Below are positions 1 to 12,003 of a stretch of 64,000 nt of DNA, piece by piece. The translations under genes and the position numbers were made by a program. The first letter of the stretch is position 1, and every line of letters starts with the position of its first letter. The notes below the pieces were generated by a model. That model did no database searches. It had not been told where the DNA came from and saw only the letters and a program-made list of their open reading frames with translations. The DNA lies in contig CM075992.1 in the NCBI GenBank assembly GCA_038087875.1, forward strand, positions 1,862,001 through 1,926,000, given 5' to 3'. The DNA is from Malacoraja senta (Eukaryota).

Positions 1-42
1 TAGTCACTTTATTTAAATGCTAGAAAATATTTATTTTCAAAC

Positions 43-141
43 CTTGATATATTTGAGAAGGGACTCCAATGTCAGGTTGAGGAACTAAAATATCTTTGAC
101 TCCATCTCTGATAGTTTGCTGTTCGCTGGGATAAACTGCTT
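43..141 (-). CDS. Internal coding exon D of unidentified minus-strand gene (99 bp, phase 1-1)
   Basis: atttatttttag|AAGCAG...TATCAAG|gtttga; reads (E)AVYPSEQQTIRDGVKDILVPQPDIGVPSQIYQ(G); same length and similar C-terminal half as exon 1897-1995. Confidence 0.55.
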
Positions 142-1896
142 CTAAAAATAAATATTTTGAAACTCACATCAGAACTTTTCTGCAGTTTATTCATTTTTTC
201 TTTACTTTGCTTTCCAGCTTTATGCATTAAAGTCTTGCATTCATTTATTTGGTAATATTTCTCCTTAGAAAATCTCATTGACCAAGATCTCTCCTCAGAA
301 ATGCATCTAACATTTTGCAACATTAAAGGTACTCAGAAAATATCAATTATTGTATTGTAGAATTATGCCTCATCTCATCAAACCACTTAATTATATTATA
401 TTTTGAAGTATATTTGAACATAATTTTGATTCCCACTTAAGCAGTCATCCTTGATTTGGTGCAATGGTAACTCTAAAGTTCTTAAGGCACGAGTCTTAGT
501 CAATTGCTGAGATGACATGTATATAAACTTAACGTTGCCTGATGCAAATCTTATGAAATGGTTGTTGACTTGTCTTTGATTCAATAATGATTACAGTTAA
601 CAAGAAGAGTGTCAATCATGTCCCAAGTTAAGAATCTGCATAAATTAACAATTCAAGATGCATTTAAAAAAACATTGCGCACTCATAGTAGTAACTTTAC
701 AAACCACTTTAATGGAGCGATGGAATTAAAAGCATCTCATAGAATATTAGTGATACTGAGCCACATGGTGGTCTAAGGATAAATGAACACAAATTTGAAC
801 AAGGGTAGATTTTATAGATGTGTGTTGAAGGAAGAAAGAAGGTAGAGAAGCAGAAAACTTTAGGGAAGTAATTCCATAGTTTAAGATGTCGGCGGTGGCT
901 AGTGGTGGAGTGATTACACCTGGGGTTGGTTTATTCTACAACTATAGGACTGCTACAAACTGATTGCAAATGTTCTCCTGTATTAAAAAATACTGTGCAA
1001 TCTGAGTGGATTCTTTTGACTACACAAAGATCTCTTGCAAGCAGAAGATGGCAGTTTACAACCATCATCTCAATAATGGCAGGCTAATAAATGCTCACAT
1101 GTCAGCAACACCTGAATTCCAAGAATGAAGGGGGGAAAAAATCAACTATTTCTGATAAGTTCCCTATACTAAAGACTTTCTGGATAAAAGAAACTCTCCT
1201 AAATTCTTTATTGGTTTTATAACTATCTTTATCATATGATCCAAGTTTTGGTTTCCTTTACAACTGAAAGCATAAGGGTGAAGAATAGATTTACCAGAAT
1301 GGTGCCACAGATATAGAACTTCAGTTACAAGGAAAACATACATGTCTGCAATTCTTCACAGATCTGTGATTGAAAGCTGTGAATCATTGAAAACTTAAAG
1401 AGTTTTATTGAGTAATCAGAAACTGTCATTTATTAAAATGAAGATTTATAGTAACTAGCTAAAGAAGCAGAGTGCTGTAATAATCTGGAATAGACTGTGT
1501 GAAAGGTTAGAGCAGTAGATTTCATCAATGCTTTCGAAAGGGACATGGAAAGATACTGTGAGGAAAGTACCATGGGTTAAAGTTAAGAAAAGTAGTGATT
1601 AAGCTCCAAGAGAACTAAATGAACGTCCTCTCTCTACTATATGACAATATATGATCTTATATTACTGACTGTTTTTGATCTCTCCTATAAGTTGAAATTA
1701 CTCCTTATCTACTCTATCAAAACCTATAATTATAGAGACCTCCATTATAACACCCTTCATCCTCTTTCAGGTTCTATTAGAAAATCAAATCATCTTTGTA
1801 ACTTAGAGATTGAGGATGTTATTTATCCATGCACATACAATCACAAAAGCCTCGTTACTGTACTGTCCATTACAGAATCTTGGATTTTTTCCACAC

Positions 1897-1995
1897 CTTG
1901 ATATACATGCGGAGACAGTCTTGATGGAGGTACAGGTAAATAATATTCTTTACGTTTCTTATTTTGTTCTTCATCTAATATGCCTCCTTGATTAC
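1897..1995 (-). CDS. Internal coding exon C of unidentified gene (99 bp, phase 1-1)
   Basis: aatcctctag|GTAATC...TATCAAG|gtgtgg; reads (R)NQGGILDEEQNKKRKEYYLPVPPSRLSPHVYQ. Confidence 0.55.
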
Positions 1996-2205
1996 CTAGA
2001 GGATTTGCAAAGAGATATTTTACAACTGTAGTATTAGAATTGTTAAAATGATAAAGTTCAAATTTGACATTGATATAAAGTGAAAAAAAAATAACAATGA
2101 AAATGTATTAACCATAATGGAACATAATTAAGAGGACCGCTGATACCCAATTTCTAATACTCCCAATGATGAATTAACACCACCACCCAACCACTGTTTT
2201 TTTAT

Positions 2206-2398
2206 GTGTTGGAAAGAACTGCAGATGCTGACTTAAATTGAAGGTAGACACAAAATGCTGGAGTACCTCAGCGGGACAGGCAGCATCTGGAGAGAAGAAA
2301 TGGGTGACGTTTCAGGTCTTGACCCGAAACGTCACCCATTCCTTCTCATCAGAGTTGCTGCCTGTCCCGCTGAGTTACTCCAGCATTTTGTGTCTACC
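2206..2398. mobile_element. Penelope-derived fold-back short repeat (inverted pair)
   Basis: Long arms gtagacacaaaatgctggagt... / ...actccagcattttgtgtctac centred on ggtcttgacc; direct repeat ACCACTGTTTTTTTAT at 2190-2205 and 2396-2411. Confidence 0.8.
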
Positions 2399-2692
2399 AC
2401 TGTTTTTTTATCATAAGTTTTGCTTGTTCTTTATCGTAGTCATTTGTCTCAGTGTAATTTCTCCTGTTCTCTACCTACTATTATCCATCACGATAAATAT
2501 AATAATTATTAACCTCACATATTTGTAAATTAGAACAATCTCATCCATAATTTGGAATCTCTGTCCTATGCTTTGTTCATAAATCATGACAACCATCCCT
2601 GCTCACATATGCCTCAACAAAAGATTATGATGGACAGATAACAGTTATGTTTTACATAATAAATACTCCATTTGTGACGTTTTGTTACTCAC

Positions 2693-2785
2693 GAAAAACT
2701 GTGTAATATCGTCTTCTACGAATAAATGACTGGCTGTTTTCCTGCTGCTTTGCTTTGGGAAATGGAAGCACTTTCTTTGAATGGT
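2693..2785 (-). CDS. Internal coding exon B of unidentified gene (93 bp, phase 1-1)
   Basis: ttttgattatttcag|ACCATT...TTTTC|gtgagt, both sites strong; reads (D)HSKKVLPFPKAKQQENSQSFIRRRRYYTVF. Confidence 0.6.
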
Positions 2786-3996
2786 CTGAAATAATCAAAA
2801 ATGTCAGTTTAACAAATATCACATGATGTGGCAGCTCACTGTGATAACTTCCCAAGACAGCACATTACATTGTTTTTTTTAGTCGTGTAAGTAGGATCTT
2901 ATAGCTATCAATATACAAAGAAACCATGGCATATAATTTTTGGTAGAAGTCAAACAAAAAACTAAATCATAGTCAAAATAATGGACTACCAATGGCTTGC
3001 AAGAGACCTTGAGGCTTGGAGGTGACATATGCAGGTTATGCATCCAGCTACAAGATTTCTGAACTTGAGGAAGTACGCAAGTCATTGCGAAGTATAAGAA
3101 AGGCTGAGAGATTCCTGGACTGTACATTCTAGGAGGTTGCAACTTTACAGATGATTTTAAAAGAGATAAGTTAAATACTTTTGAGGACAAATGGATTTTA
3201 AGAACTGCCAATTAAAGGTCATTGTCAGCAAATCCTTGGTGATAATAAAAAATCTATTTGTGGAAAATTTGTGTGATGTTGAAAATTTAGATTCAGATTA
3301 TTAATGTTACTGTCAAGTAAATAAAAGTATACCCAAAAAAACTGATGGAACATTTGTTTTCATCACATCATGGACAAAATATAAAAATCACAATATAATG
3401 ATGGTTTAATAACTCTGGATTCCACTCCACAAGAAGGTTATGCAAACAAAGAATATGCTAAACTGCATATTCAAATATCACCTTCCGTTTTGAAGTCATG
3501 ACTCACAAATGCAGTTTTATGGACTAGGACCAGTGAAAGGAAACATAGTACACCAAGAAGCATCAGCTGCAGGATAAAGAAGGAAAAGCAGGAGAAATCC
3601 CACCGAGTACTCTAGGTATCAATCACAGACTAAGAGTGATATTTTCAACTCTGAATCTGAAGGTTGCAGGCTGAGGCCCAAATGAAGACACAACAGATAA
3701 TTAAACTAAACCAACAATGTTATGCAATATAGGGGAGTTTTAAACTATAAGAAGCACTTTTTTGCAGATGAGATATTAAATCGAAATGCTGTTTTCTCTC
3801 TCAAATTGATGGAAAAAGATTCCAGAGCACTAACTGAGCAATGGATTTCTTTCCATACATTGACTAATATTCACCCCTCACTTAAAACACTTTGCACTGT
3901 GTATTCTAGGCTCTAGATGTCCCCGATATCTTGCCACACTGTACCAGAAATATTAAAATGGTCCAAGGTCACGTGTTTTGGAGAACACTATCTATA

Positions 3997-5006
3997 CAGT
4001 AAACCCTTGTTATTAGGACCATGGAGGGGATGGAGGCGGAGTGTCCGTTATTGCCGATTTTCCATAATAATCGAATAAAGTATTATCATTGTATGTAGTT
4101 GAAGCAAAGAACTGCAGATGATGATTAATACGCATAAGACTCAAAGTGCTAGAATAACTCAACAGGTCAGGCAGCATCTCTGGCGAACATGGATGGGTGA
4201 CATCGGGACCTTTCAGATTGACTCAGTCTGTGAGTTACTTCATCACTTTGTGTCGCTTCACCTTGAAACTGGCACTGATGCCAATGGTCTGCACCTGCGA
4301 GCCCTTCTTCAAGAGGAGCCGCACCATCCGGTTGAAGTGGCTGTTGTTGCAGCTCACATTGTAGCTCCTGGGGCAGCGCTTTCTTCAAGCTGCTGCCACC
4401 ATCAACAGGACGCACTCAGTCACAGAGGGGCTCCTTCCTCCTCACCAACTGCCGCTTTTTTTAAAAACCAAAACTAATTTAAATCAATTATTTACAAAAA
4501 TGATATGTACAAAATACAAAACAATACAAACAAACCCACCACCATCATGCAAAGTAAAACATGATTCTAAATATTAAATTTCCCCATCTTTATTGAGGAT
4601 ACATTCCACTCCCTCCGTGCCATGCCCAACGGTCCCGGAAATCCCCCAGAAACTGCCGCCTCTATCTGTTGACCATCACTTTATCTGCTCCTTATGCTCT
4701 GCTGTTGCTCTGTCCACTCGGCCTCTCCCCCGACAGGAAGAAGCAGCGGCAGGTGGAAGGGGAGACCCACGGTATCCGAGCATGCCGTCGGTGGCCTGAA
4801 GAAAACGCTGTCCCCAGGGGCTATAACGCGAGCAACAACAGCCGTATCAACAGCCGTGCGGTGGGTGAAGAAGGGCTCGCTGGTGCACCTTGTAAGCCGG
4901 GACTGGAAGCGGATGGGGAGGGTGCGAGCTGGGGATGGCGTCGGCGGGTACGTACACTATAACCCAAATCCGTTATCATGGGGTCTGTTAAATCAAGGGT
5001 TTACTG
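3997..5006. mobile_element. Tigger/pogo-like non-autonomous DNA element with nested inserts
   Basis: 13-bp TIR CAGTAAACCCTTG / CAAGGGTTTACTG, TA on left flank; contains a Penelope-type fold-back (~4100-4265) and a probable Tx1-like LINE 3' fragment on minus (~4455-4670, GDFRDRWA...GVECILN). Confidence 0.55.
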
Positions 5007-5124
5007 TTATGGTTTGAAACTAACAGCAAAGGTAAATAGTGAGTATACTACTTTACAACATGCCTGATCAATAGGACATGTAAAGTTTCATTTACCATTG
5101 TTTGACTGTAGCAGTATACCTCAC

Positions 5125-5238
5125 CTCCATGCAGTTTGGAAGAATGTTCATTCCTATGTTCCAGCATAGAAATTGGACCAGAATATCTCTGATTGTCCTC
5201 TTCAGGTGTAGCTCTCCATTCATTTAGACGAACAAGTG
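5125..5238 (-). CDS. Internal coding exon A of unidentified gene (114 bp, phase 1-1)
   Basis: gcttcatttcag|CACTTG...ATGGAG|gtgagg; reads LVRLNEWRATPEEDNQRYSGPISMLEHRNEHSSKLHG. Confidence 0.6.
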
Positions 5239-5344
5239 CTGAAATGAAGCACAGTATGGGAATCATTACATACATGTAAATAAATGTGGGTAAGCAAACC
5301 GTTGTTCTCTAACTTTAACTGTGACTACAAATATAGACTGCAAG

Positions 5345-5825
5345 AACTAAGACTGTAAGAAATTGCAGCAAATTGTGGATGCCACTCAGAACATCATGCA
5401 AACCAACCTCCCTTCTATAGACTCCATTTATACCCGATGCTGCCTTGGCAAGGCCAGCAGTATAATCAAGGATGAGTCGCACCCTGGTAACTCCCTCTTC
5501 TCCCCTCAGGCAATAGGTATAGAAGTGTTAAAACGCTCAGCACCAGATTCAGGGGCAGTTTCTTCCCAGCTGTTATCAGGCAACTGAATCATCCTGCCAT
5601 AACCAGAGAGCGGTGCTGAACTATTATCTACCTCATTGGTGACCCTTGGACTAACCTTGATCGGACTTTGCTGGCTTTACTTTGTATTAAACGTTATTCC
5701 CTTATCTACACACTGTAAATGGCTCGATTGTAATCATGTATTGTCGTTCTGCTGACTGGTTAGCACGCAACAAAAGCTTTTCCCTGTACCTCAGTACACG
5801 TGACAATAAGCTAAACTGAAACTGT
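5345..5825 (+). mobile_element. Rex1/Babar LINE 3' fragment (degenerate)
   Basis: ORF 5363-5587 LPSIDSIYTRCCLGKASSIIKDESHPG is typical of the Rex1 C-terminus, followed by 3' UTR and short tail. Confidence 0.7.
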
Positions 5826-6012
5826 ATAGTTTGTATACTCAATAAATCAAGTGAAATGATCATCAGCTTCAAAACTAGGTATAGACACATTCAAATGTGG
5901 AGGCAGCTTAAAACAGAATTATTTAACTTATTTTGTATAAACACTTAAATAAATACAATACACTGCAAAATATGGTATGTTGTTTTTTTAATTAAATCGC
6001 ATGGTGTAACTT

Positions 6013-6864
6013 TTTTCTTTTTTAATTATTATTATTATTTTTTTTTAAATTAGAAGTATTGTACAATGCAGTGATCTCAAACAAACATAAAATTATACAT
6101 TTCTTGTACCACTTCTTATTTGAAACTTTAATAAGAAAAAAGATAGAGAGAGAGATAGCAGAGATAGTGAGTGAATGAAAGAGTGGTCCAGGGAAACCCG
6201 TAGGGACCTAAACCACAAGAAAGAGTTAAACAAAAAACAAAAGAAAAAGGAAAAAAAAAAGTTAAATGAGACAAGATAAAAGGGATGTACCTACTTCGTA
6301 TCTTTACGCACCCCTCACCAGGTCCTGAAACCATTTATTTTCAACATTTTGTTGCACCCTATGTTTGTAATAAGTCGATAAATGGAGACCAAATCTTTTG
6401 GAAATGGTCTGATTTACCTGCTAAGAGGAATCTCATATCTTATAGGTGTAACAGTTCGGACATATTAGAAGTCCACATTTTTATCGTTGGTGTGGGAGCG
6501 TTTTTCCAGAATATCAGTATGTTTTTTTGCCATTATTAAGCCGTAATTAAGGAAGCTCTTTTGAAACGAAGTCAGCTCAAAGCTGGCTTCCATTGTTCCA
6601 AAAATAATCAGTTTTGCATTCGGTTTCAGTTTTATTTTAAATAATTTCATAAAAATTTCAAAGATTTCATTACAAAATTTTTGAATTTTTATACAAAAAA
6701 CAAAAGAATGTGCTATAGTTGCTTCTTGGGTTAGACATTTATCACAGATGGAAGAGACATTTGGATAAAATTTACTTATTTTAGCTTTTGAGTAGTATAG
6801 TCTATGTAAAGTTTTAAATTCAATTAGAATGTGTCTTACATTAATCGAGCATTTATGCACATAT
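6013..6864 (-). mobile_element. L1-clade LINE, 5'-truncated 3' end
   Basis: ORF 6465-6860 with CDKC...H zinc-knuckle region, A-rich tail, 14-bp TSD GCATGGTGTAACTT (5999-6012 / 6865-6878). Confidence 0.8.
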
Positions 6865-7042
6865 GCATGGTGTAACTTGTAAGTGCAAACATATGCTCAC
6901 TGCATTTTGCAGCCTGCAAAACATCAATTTTTTTGGTCTTTCTGTTCAAATTTTCACAATAAACAAAGTTTAATTACCAATACGGCAATGCATCCAGTGA
7001 TTTGAGTAATCAATATGCTCCAGAATACAAACAATACAAGAC

Positions 7043-7240
7043 AGAAGATAATTGGGACACAGCTACCAGTCTTGGAGGGCATCTACAATACACGGTGCCT
7101 CAGGAAGGCCATCTGCATTCATAACAACTCCTCACACCCTTGCAATAGTCTGTTCGAACTTCTACCATCCGGCAGACGTTACAAGGCCTTCTACGCCCGC
7201 ACCTCCAGACTTAGGAACAGCTTCATACCCAGAGCTATAG
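7043..7240 (+). mobile_element. Rex1/Babar LINE fragment, 5' part (resumes at 10576-10822)
   Basis: IIGTQLPVLEGIYNTRCLRKA...LPSGRRY...RLRNSFIPRAI; the sequence after the L2 insert ends in an (att)n tail. Confidence 0.7.
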
Positions 7241-7833
7241 TCAAGTCAAGTCACATTTATTTATATAGCACATTTAAAAAACAACTCTAAATGTAAAGCA
7301 CTTTTAGCCAAAGTGCTTTACATTTGTTATAAGAATAGTATAAACAAACAAACTACATACATATATACATATAGCCCTCGCTCAGAGGACGTCAAGAAAG
7401 GCTTGGGAGTATACAGGGCTCTCGCTTAACTTTTTTTCCCTGTTGCCAGCCGGGCAACCTTGGCAGCTTTTTAGGTTGCCAAATGACAGTTTAGGTGTCA
7501 TTTAAGATGGCTTGCATGACGCGTGCGATAATGTGCTTGGATGAAGTGCGTAGTTACCAGTCGGAATTATACACAATGAAGCATTCACATATTATTTCTG
7601 CTTCAAAAAAAGTCACAAACTAAACATATTCACCAATCAAGACATGATATATCCCACAATGACATGCAGCAAAATTATAAGACAGTATCTCAACTCTTTT
7701 TACACATTGCAATTAATGCAATTTCTATTAGTTCTTTCCACTTCCACTTCCACACAAAAATGTGTTTGGATTATTCCAGCATATGATCAACCTGTGTCAA
7801 TAAATCCTGGACCATGGTAACATATATGCGTAC

Positions 7834-8295
7834 TATCAGAACTGAACGAGGAGCAGGACTCAAATGCAGGCTCAGACACAGGGCAGATCAGTTTTCAGAG
7901 TTTAATCGGTCCAAGTCGGTACACAGGTAAGCAAAAACGGAGGCAACAGTACAATCGAGGAGCAGGCAAAAACAGTGGTCGAACACAGGCACTGGTCGAA
8001 ATAACAAGGTCAAAAGATTTCCAGAGCTGGCACGAGGTGATACAAAGTAACATACACAACGAACTGGCAATGAGAACTAAAACACAAAGGGCTTAAATAC
8101 ACCGCCTAACAGGGGATAACAACACAGGTGAAACCCATCAGGGCGGGGCCAACAATCACACGAGGGGAAACGACATGACAGGAAATGGGACCTGAAACGA
8201 GAGGAGATGTTCAGACACCAGAATAAAACAAGAATGCATCTAATAATAACAAAAACAATAAGAAACAGAAACTAGATCAAACGTGAGACCTGACA
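7834..8295 (-). mobile_element. Probable solo LTR (Gypsy-like)
   Basis: Minus-strand termini TGTCAG...CTGATA (one change from TG...CA with short IR); flanks cgtac/catac as an imperfect 5-bp TSD. Confidence 0.55.
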
Positions 8296-8910
8296 CATAC
8301 GTATAGTTGTGAATGTTGCTCATTAAATAACTACAGTACTGATATTCCATATTAAGAGCATTGATTTGCCGTTAAAATGAATTCTGTAATAACGTGTCAA
8401 CAGCAGCAGTGACAATCGAACACTGCGGTTTTAATGTTTCACGTGTTCACAATTTAATTAATCCATCTTTATGGATTAAAACAAATAATAACATTGGGAA
8501 TTAAACACATTTGATTGCATTCCGTTATCAAACATAGTCAATGTTCGCTCTGAAGACATTTCCAGCACAATAGGGTCAGGGAGGGGTGTGTGTGTGAATC
8601 AGTGCGGGGTGGATAGATGGCGGGGGGTGGGGGGGGGGTTAGAAGGCAGTCGGTGCAGAATGGATGGATTGAGGCAGGTGAATAAGTACGTGTTGGTTGG
8701 AGTAGTGTAGGATGGATGCGGGGGAGTGGCAGGAGAATCAATGCGAGGTGGATAGGGTGATCAGCGTAGGATGAATAGATGGGGGGGGGTAGATGGGGAG
8801 GGGAGCACAGGGGATGTCAGTGAGGACTGAATTAGAGGCGGGAATGGGGATCAGTGCGGGATGGAGTGGAGGGGTCCCAGGATTAAGGGGGGGGGTGGAG
8901 GGGGGGTACA

Positions 8911-8942
<32 letters not shown>

Positions 8943-9116
8943 GGGGAGCTAGGTGGGGAGGAAGGAAGGTCAGCGCTCCTCGGACAACATCGCCCCGCTG
9001 CCTTGGCCGTTGGGAACTCCTCGCCACCGCCTCCCTCCTCCGCCAGCCAACAGCAAGGTGTGGGCCGGGCGGTGCAGCTCAGAGATCCTATAGGATCTTT
9101 GGTGCAGCTGCTTCAG

Positions 9117-9586
9117 ACGCGACGTTTCGTGTCGGCGGCTGTTGTGCGGGGCAAAGATACTAGGTGCGGGGTGAGGAAGGGTCGGAGCGAATGACGGGTC
9201 CCGCACAGCGGCAACAGCGGCCGCAAACAGCAGCTCCATCTCCTCCTCCTCCCGCACCCCGCCCGCCCAGATAAGGACCTCTGCTTGTAAACCCGCTAAT
9301 GGCGCTTTCCAAACAAACTCTCCCGCACTCCAAGGCCTCCCCCTCCCTCCCTCCTCCCGGCCTCGGAGTGCGGGAGTTTGTTTGAAAGCGCCGTTAGCGG
9401 GTTTACAAGCAGAGGCCCTTATCTGGGCGGGCGGGGTGCGGGAGGAGGAGGAGATGGAGCCGCTGTTGCGGCCGCTGCTGCCGCTGTTCGGGACCCGTCA
9501 TTCGCTCTGACCCTTCCTCACCCCGCACCTAGTATCGTTGTCGGCGCGGCGGCAGCACAGCCGCCGCCGACACGAAACGTCGCGTT
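9117..9586. repeat. Long GC-rich inverted repeat (~220-bp arms, ~20-bp pyrimidine loop)
   Basis: 9117-9337 is the near reverse complement of 9359-9586; mirrored ORFs 8970-9257(-) and 9378-9611(+) share AVRDPSFA.TLPHPAPSI. Confidence 0.9.
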
Positions 9587-11215
9587 CCTTTTCTCCAGAG
9601 ATGCTGCCTGACCCGCGGAGTTACTCCAGTTTTTTGTGTCTATCTTCGGTACAAACCAGTATCTGGTTGCCAAGCCGGGCAAAATGACTCGGTGTTTAGG
9701 TTGCCCGGCGGCGCTTTGAGTGGTCAGTGGCACCTGGGCAACCGCTAATTTTGAGCCCTGGTATAGATAAGTTTTTAGTCTTGACTTAAAGGAGTCGATG
9801 GAGGGGGAAGTTCTGATGGGAAGGGGGATGCTGTTCCACAGTCTAGGAGCTGCAACCGCAAAGGCGCGGTCGCCCCTGAGCTAATGCCTAGACCGCGGGA
9901 TATTCAGCAACCCCAAGTCCGGCCGATCTGAAGACCTGGAGGTGGAGTGGTGGGTAAGAAGACTTTTGATGTAGGTGGGGGCAAGCCCATTGAGGGCTTT
10001 GTAGACATAGAGGAGGATCTTGAAATGTATACGGAACCGCACAGGGAGCCAGTGCAGAGAGGCCAGGATCGGGGTGATGTGCTCCCTTTTCGGGTGCCCG
10101 TCAGGAGTCTCGCTGCGGCGTTTTGGACCAGTTGCAGGAGGGACAGGGAAGATTGGCTGATGCCAGTGTAAAGGGAGTTGCAGTAATCTAGGCGGGAGGA
10201 GATAAATGTGTGGATGATCTTTTCGAGGTCATCAAAGTGGAGGAATTGTTTTATTTTAGCTATCGTCCGAAGCTGAAAGAAGCTAGCTTTTACCACGGCA
10301 TTGACTTGTTTGTCAAATTTCAGTGCTGAGTCAAATATCACGGCCAAGGTTTTTGACGTGAGGTTTGAGTAGTGGGGTAAGGCTTCCAAGGCTGCCTGCT
10401 ATCATTTTGATTGAGTCCGAGGGGCCGAGAAGGATGACCTCAGACTTACTCACGTTTAGTTGGAGGAAGTTCTGGGCCATCCAACACTTTATATCTTCGA
10501 GGCAGTGGGTAAGGTTAAGCAGATTTGATTGGTTTTGGGCTTCAGGGGGAGATAGAGTTGTGTATCGTCTGCGTAGCTGCTCGGAACCGGCCCTGCTGAG
10601 TGTCCCCCCATGAACTGTCTCCCTCGGATGGTCACGTCGCACATCGACCCAGCACAAACCCATTTGCACTTAATACTGTTTTAACTGGGGTTTTTTAAAC
10701 TTGTTTTTCTGGGTGTCTAAAATTTTAGCTAATTAAGTTATTACAACGGATGGAAGTTGCATTCCAAATCTCGTTGTACCTCTGTGCAATATAAAAGATA
10801 TATTATTATTATTATTATTATTGTGACACTTATAACAGTATATTCCGCTATTTGGGAGAGCTGTCTGCAAATATTCCATCAACAAAGCTCAGCACACTTA
10901 ATGCAGATAGCACACGAACACAAGACAACATACTTTGGCTTATCAACTGTCTCTGTATCCACAGAATGAAGGGAGATATTTCTGCCACCGTTTCTACTTT
11001 TCCTCATCGCAGATAAATTAATCGGTTTAGTTTTTAAATTACATTACTGCTTGAGTTAGAAGAATACAGATTGATCAACCAACCCCAGATGATTCAAAGA
11101 TCATGGTTGAGTGTGCAGGAAGCTTTTGTTGCAGTAAGAGTTGTGTATATTGAGATAATGATCCAGGTTTTTCTGAGTGGAACTCAATTCCTGCACATAA
11201 ACTATTCTTGTAGGG

Positions 11216-11320
11216 CGATATAGAGTGATATAGAGGGTGGTATAGAGATATAGAAGGTGGTATAGAGTGATATAGAAGGTGATATAGAAGGTGGTATAGA
11301 GAGATATTGAGGGTGATATG
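11216..11320. repeat. Minisatellite-like tandem repeat (gatatagaaggt / ggtatagagt variants)
   Basis: Direct tandem repetition visible in sequence. Confidence 0.8.
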
Positions 11321-11405
11321 GAAGGGTCTTGACCCAAACCGTCACCCATTCCTTTCTCTCCAGAGATGCTGCTTGTCCCGCTGAGTTACTCAGCATTTTG
11401 TGTCT

Positions 11406-11605
11406 NNNNNNNNNNNNNNNNNNNNNNNNNNNNNNNNNNNNNNNNNNNNNNNNNNNNNNNNNNNNNNNNNNNNNNNNNNNNNNNNNNNNNNNNNNNNNNN
11501 NNNNNNNNNNNNNNNNNNNNNNNNNNNNNNNNNNNNNNNNNNNNNNNNNNNNNNNNNNNNNNNNNNNNNNNNNNNNNNNNNNNNNNNNNNNNNNNNNNNN
11601 NNNNN
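11406..11605. other. Assembly gap (200 N)
   Basis: Run of N, flanked by repeats on both sides. Confidence 1.
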
Positions 11606-12003
11606 CAACATGACATACAGTGACAGTTACGAATGACTCAGAAAACACTAAACATTAATAATAATATAACATTAATGATAAAACACCATTGATCAAGCAT
11701 TGTGAACCAACAAAATACCAGATCAAAGGGAGGCTACAGATTTTGGGCTGTTGAGTAGAGCAACTACTCGTGGATAAAAACTGTTTTTGTGTCTGGCTGT
11801 GGCAGCTTTGACAGTCCGGAGTCGCCTTCCAGAGGGAAGTGATTCAAAGAGTTTGTGGCCAGGGTGAGAGGGGTCAGAGATGATCTTGCCCGCTCGCTTC
11901 CTGGCCCTTGCAGTGTACAGTTCATCAACGGAGGGAAGGTTGCAGCCAATAATCTTCTCTGCTGATCGGACGATTCGCTGCAGCCTCCAGGTGTCGTGCT
12001 TGG
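11606..12003 (-). mobile_element. Rex1/Babar LINE 3' fragment
   Basis: Minus strand reads RLQRIVRSAEKIIGCNLPS...DPSHPGHKLFESLPSGRRLR. Confidence 0.7.

Larger units (their letters stand above)
7414..9760. mobile_element. hAT-like non-autonomous DNA transposon (~2.35 kb)
   Basis: TIR CAGGGCTC...GAGCCCTG, subterminal ggcaac/gttgcc motifs at both ends, 5-bp duplication GTATA (7409-7413 / 9761-9765); no transposase ORF. Confidence 0.75.
7241..10575 (-). mobile_element. L2 LINE, 5'-truncated at the YADD motif, interrupted by a hAT-like element
   Basis: ORFs 9904-10389 and 10331-10669 (WMAQNFLQLN.SKSE; FISSRLDYCNSL); (cttga)n tail at ~7241-7254; L2 sequence continuous across 7413/9761. Confidence 0.85.

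Noticed and set aside
168..263. Minus-strand exon-like segment with gtgagt donor (ORF 72-323)
   Set aside because: Would leave a 26-bp intron before exon 43-141, and its phase-1 frame has a stop
11202..11648. ORFs containing X runs
   Set aside because: Artefacts of the 200-N gap
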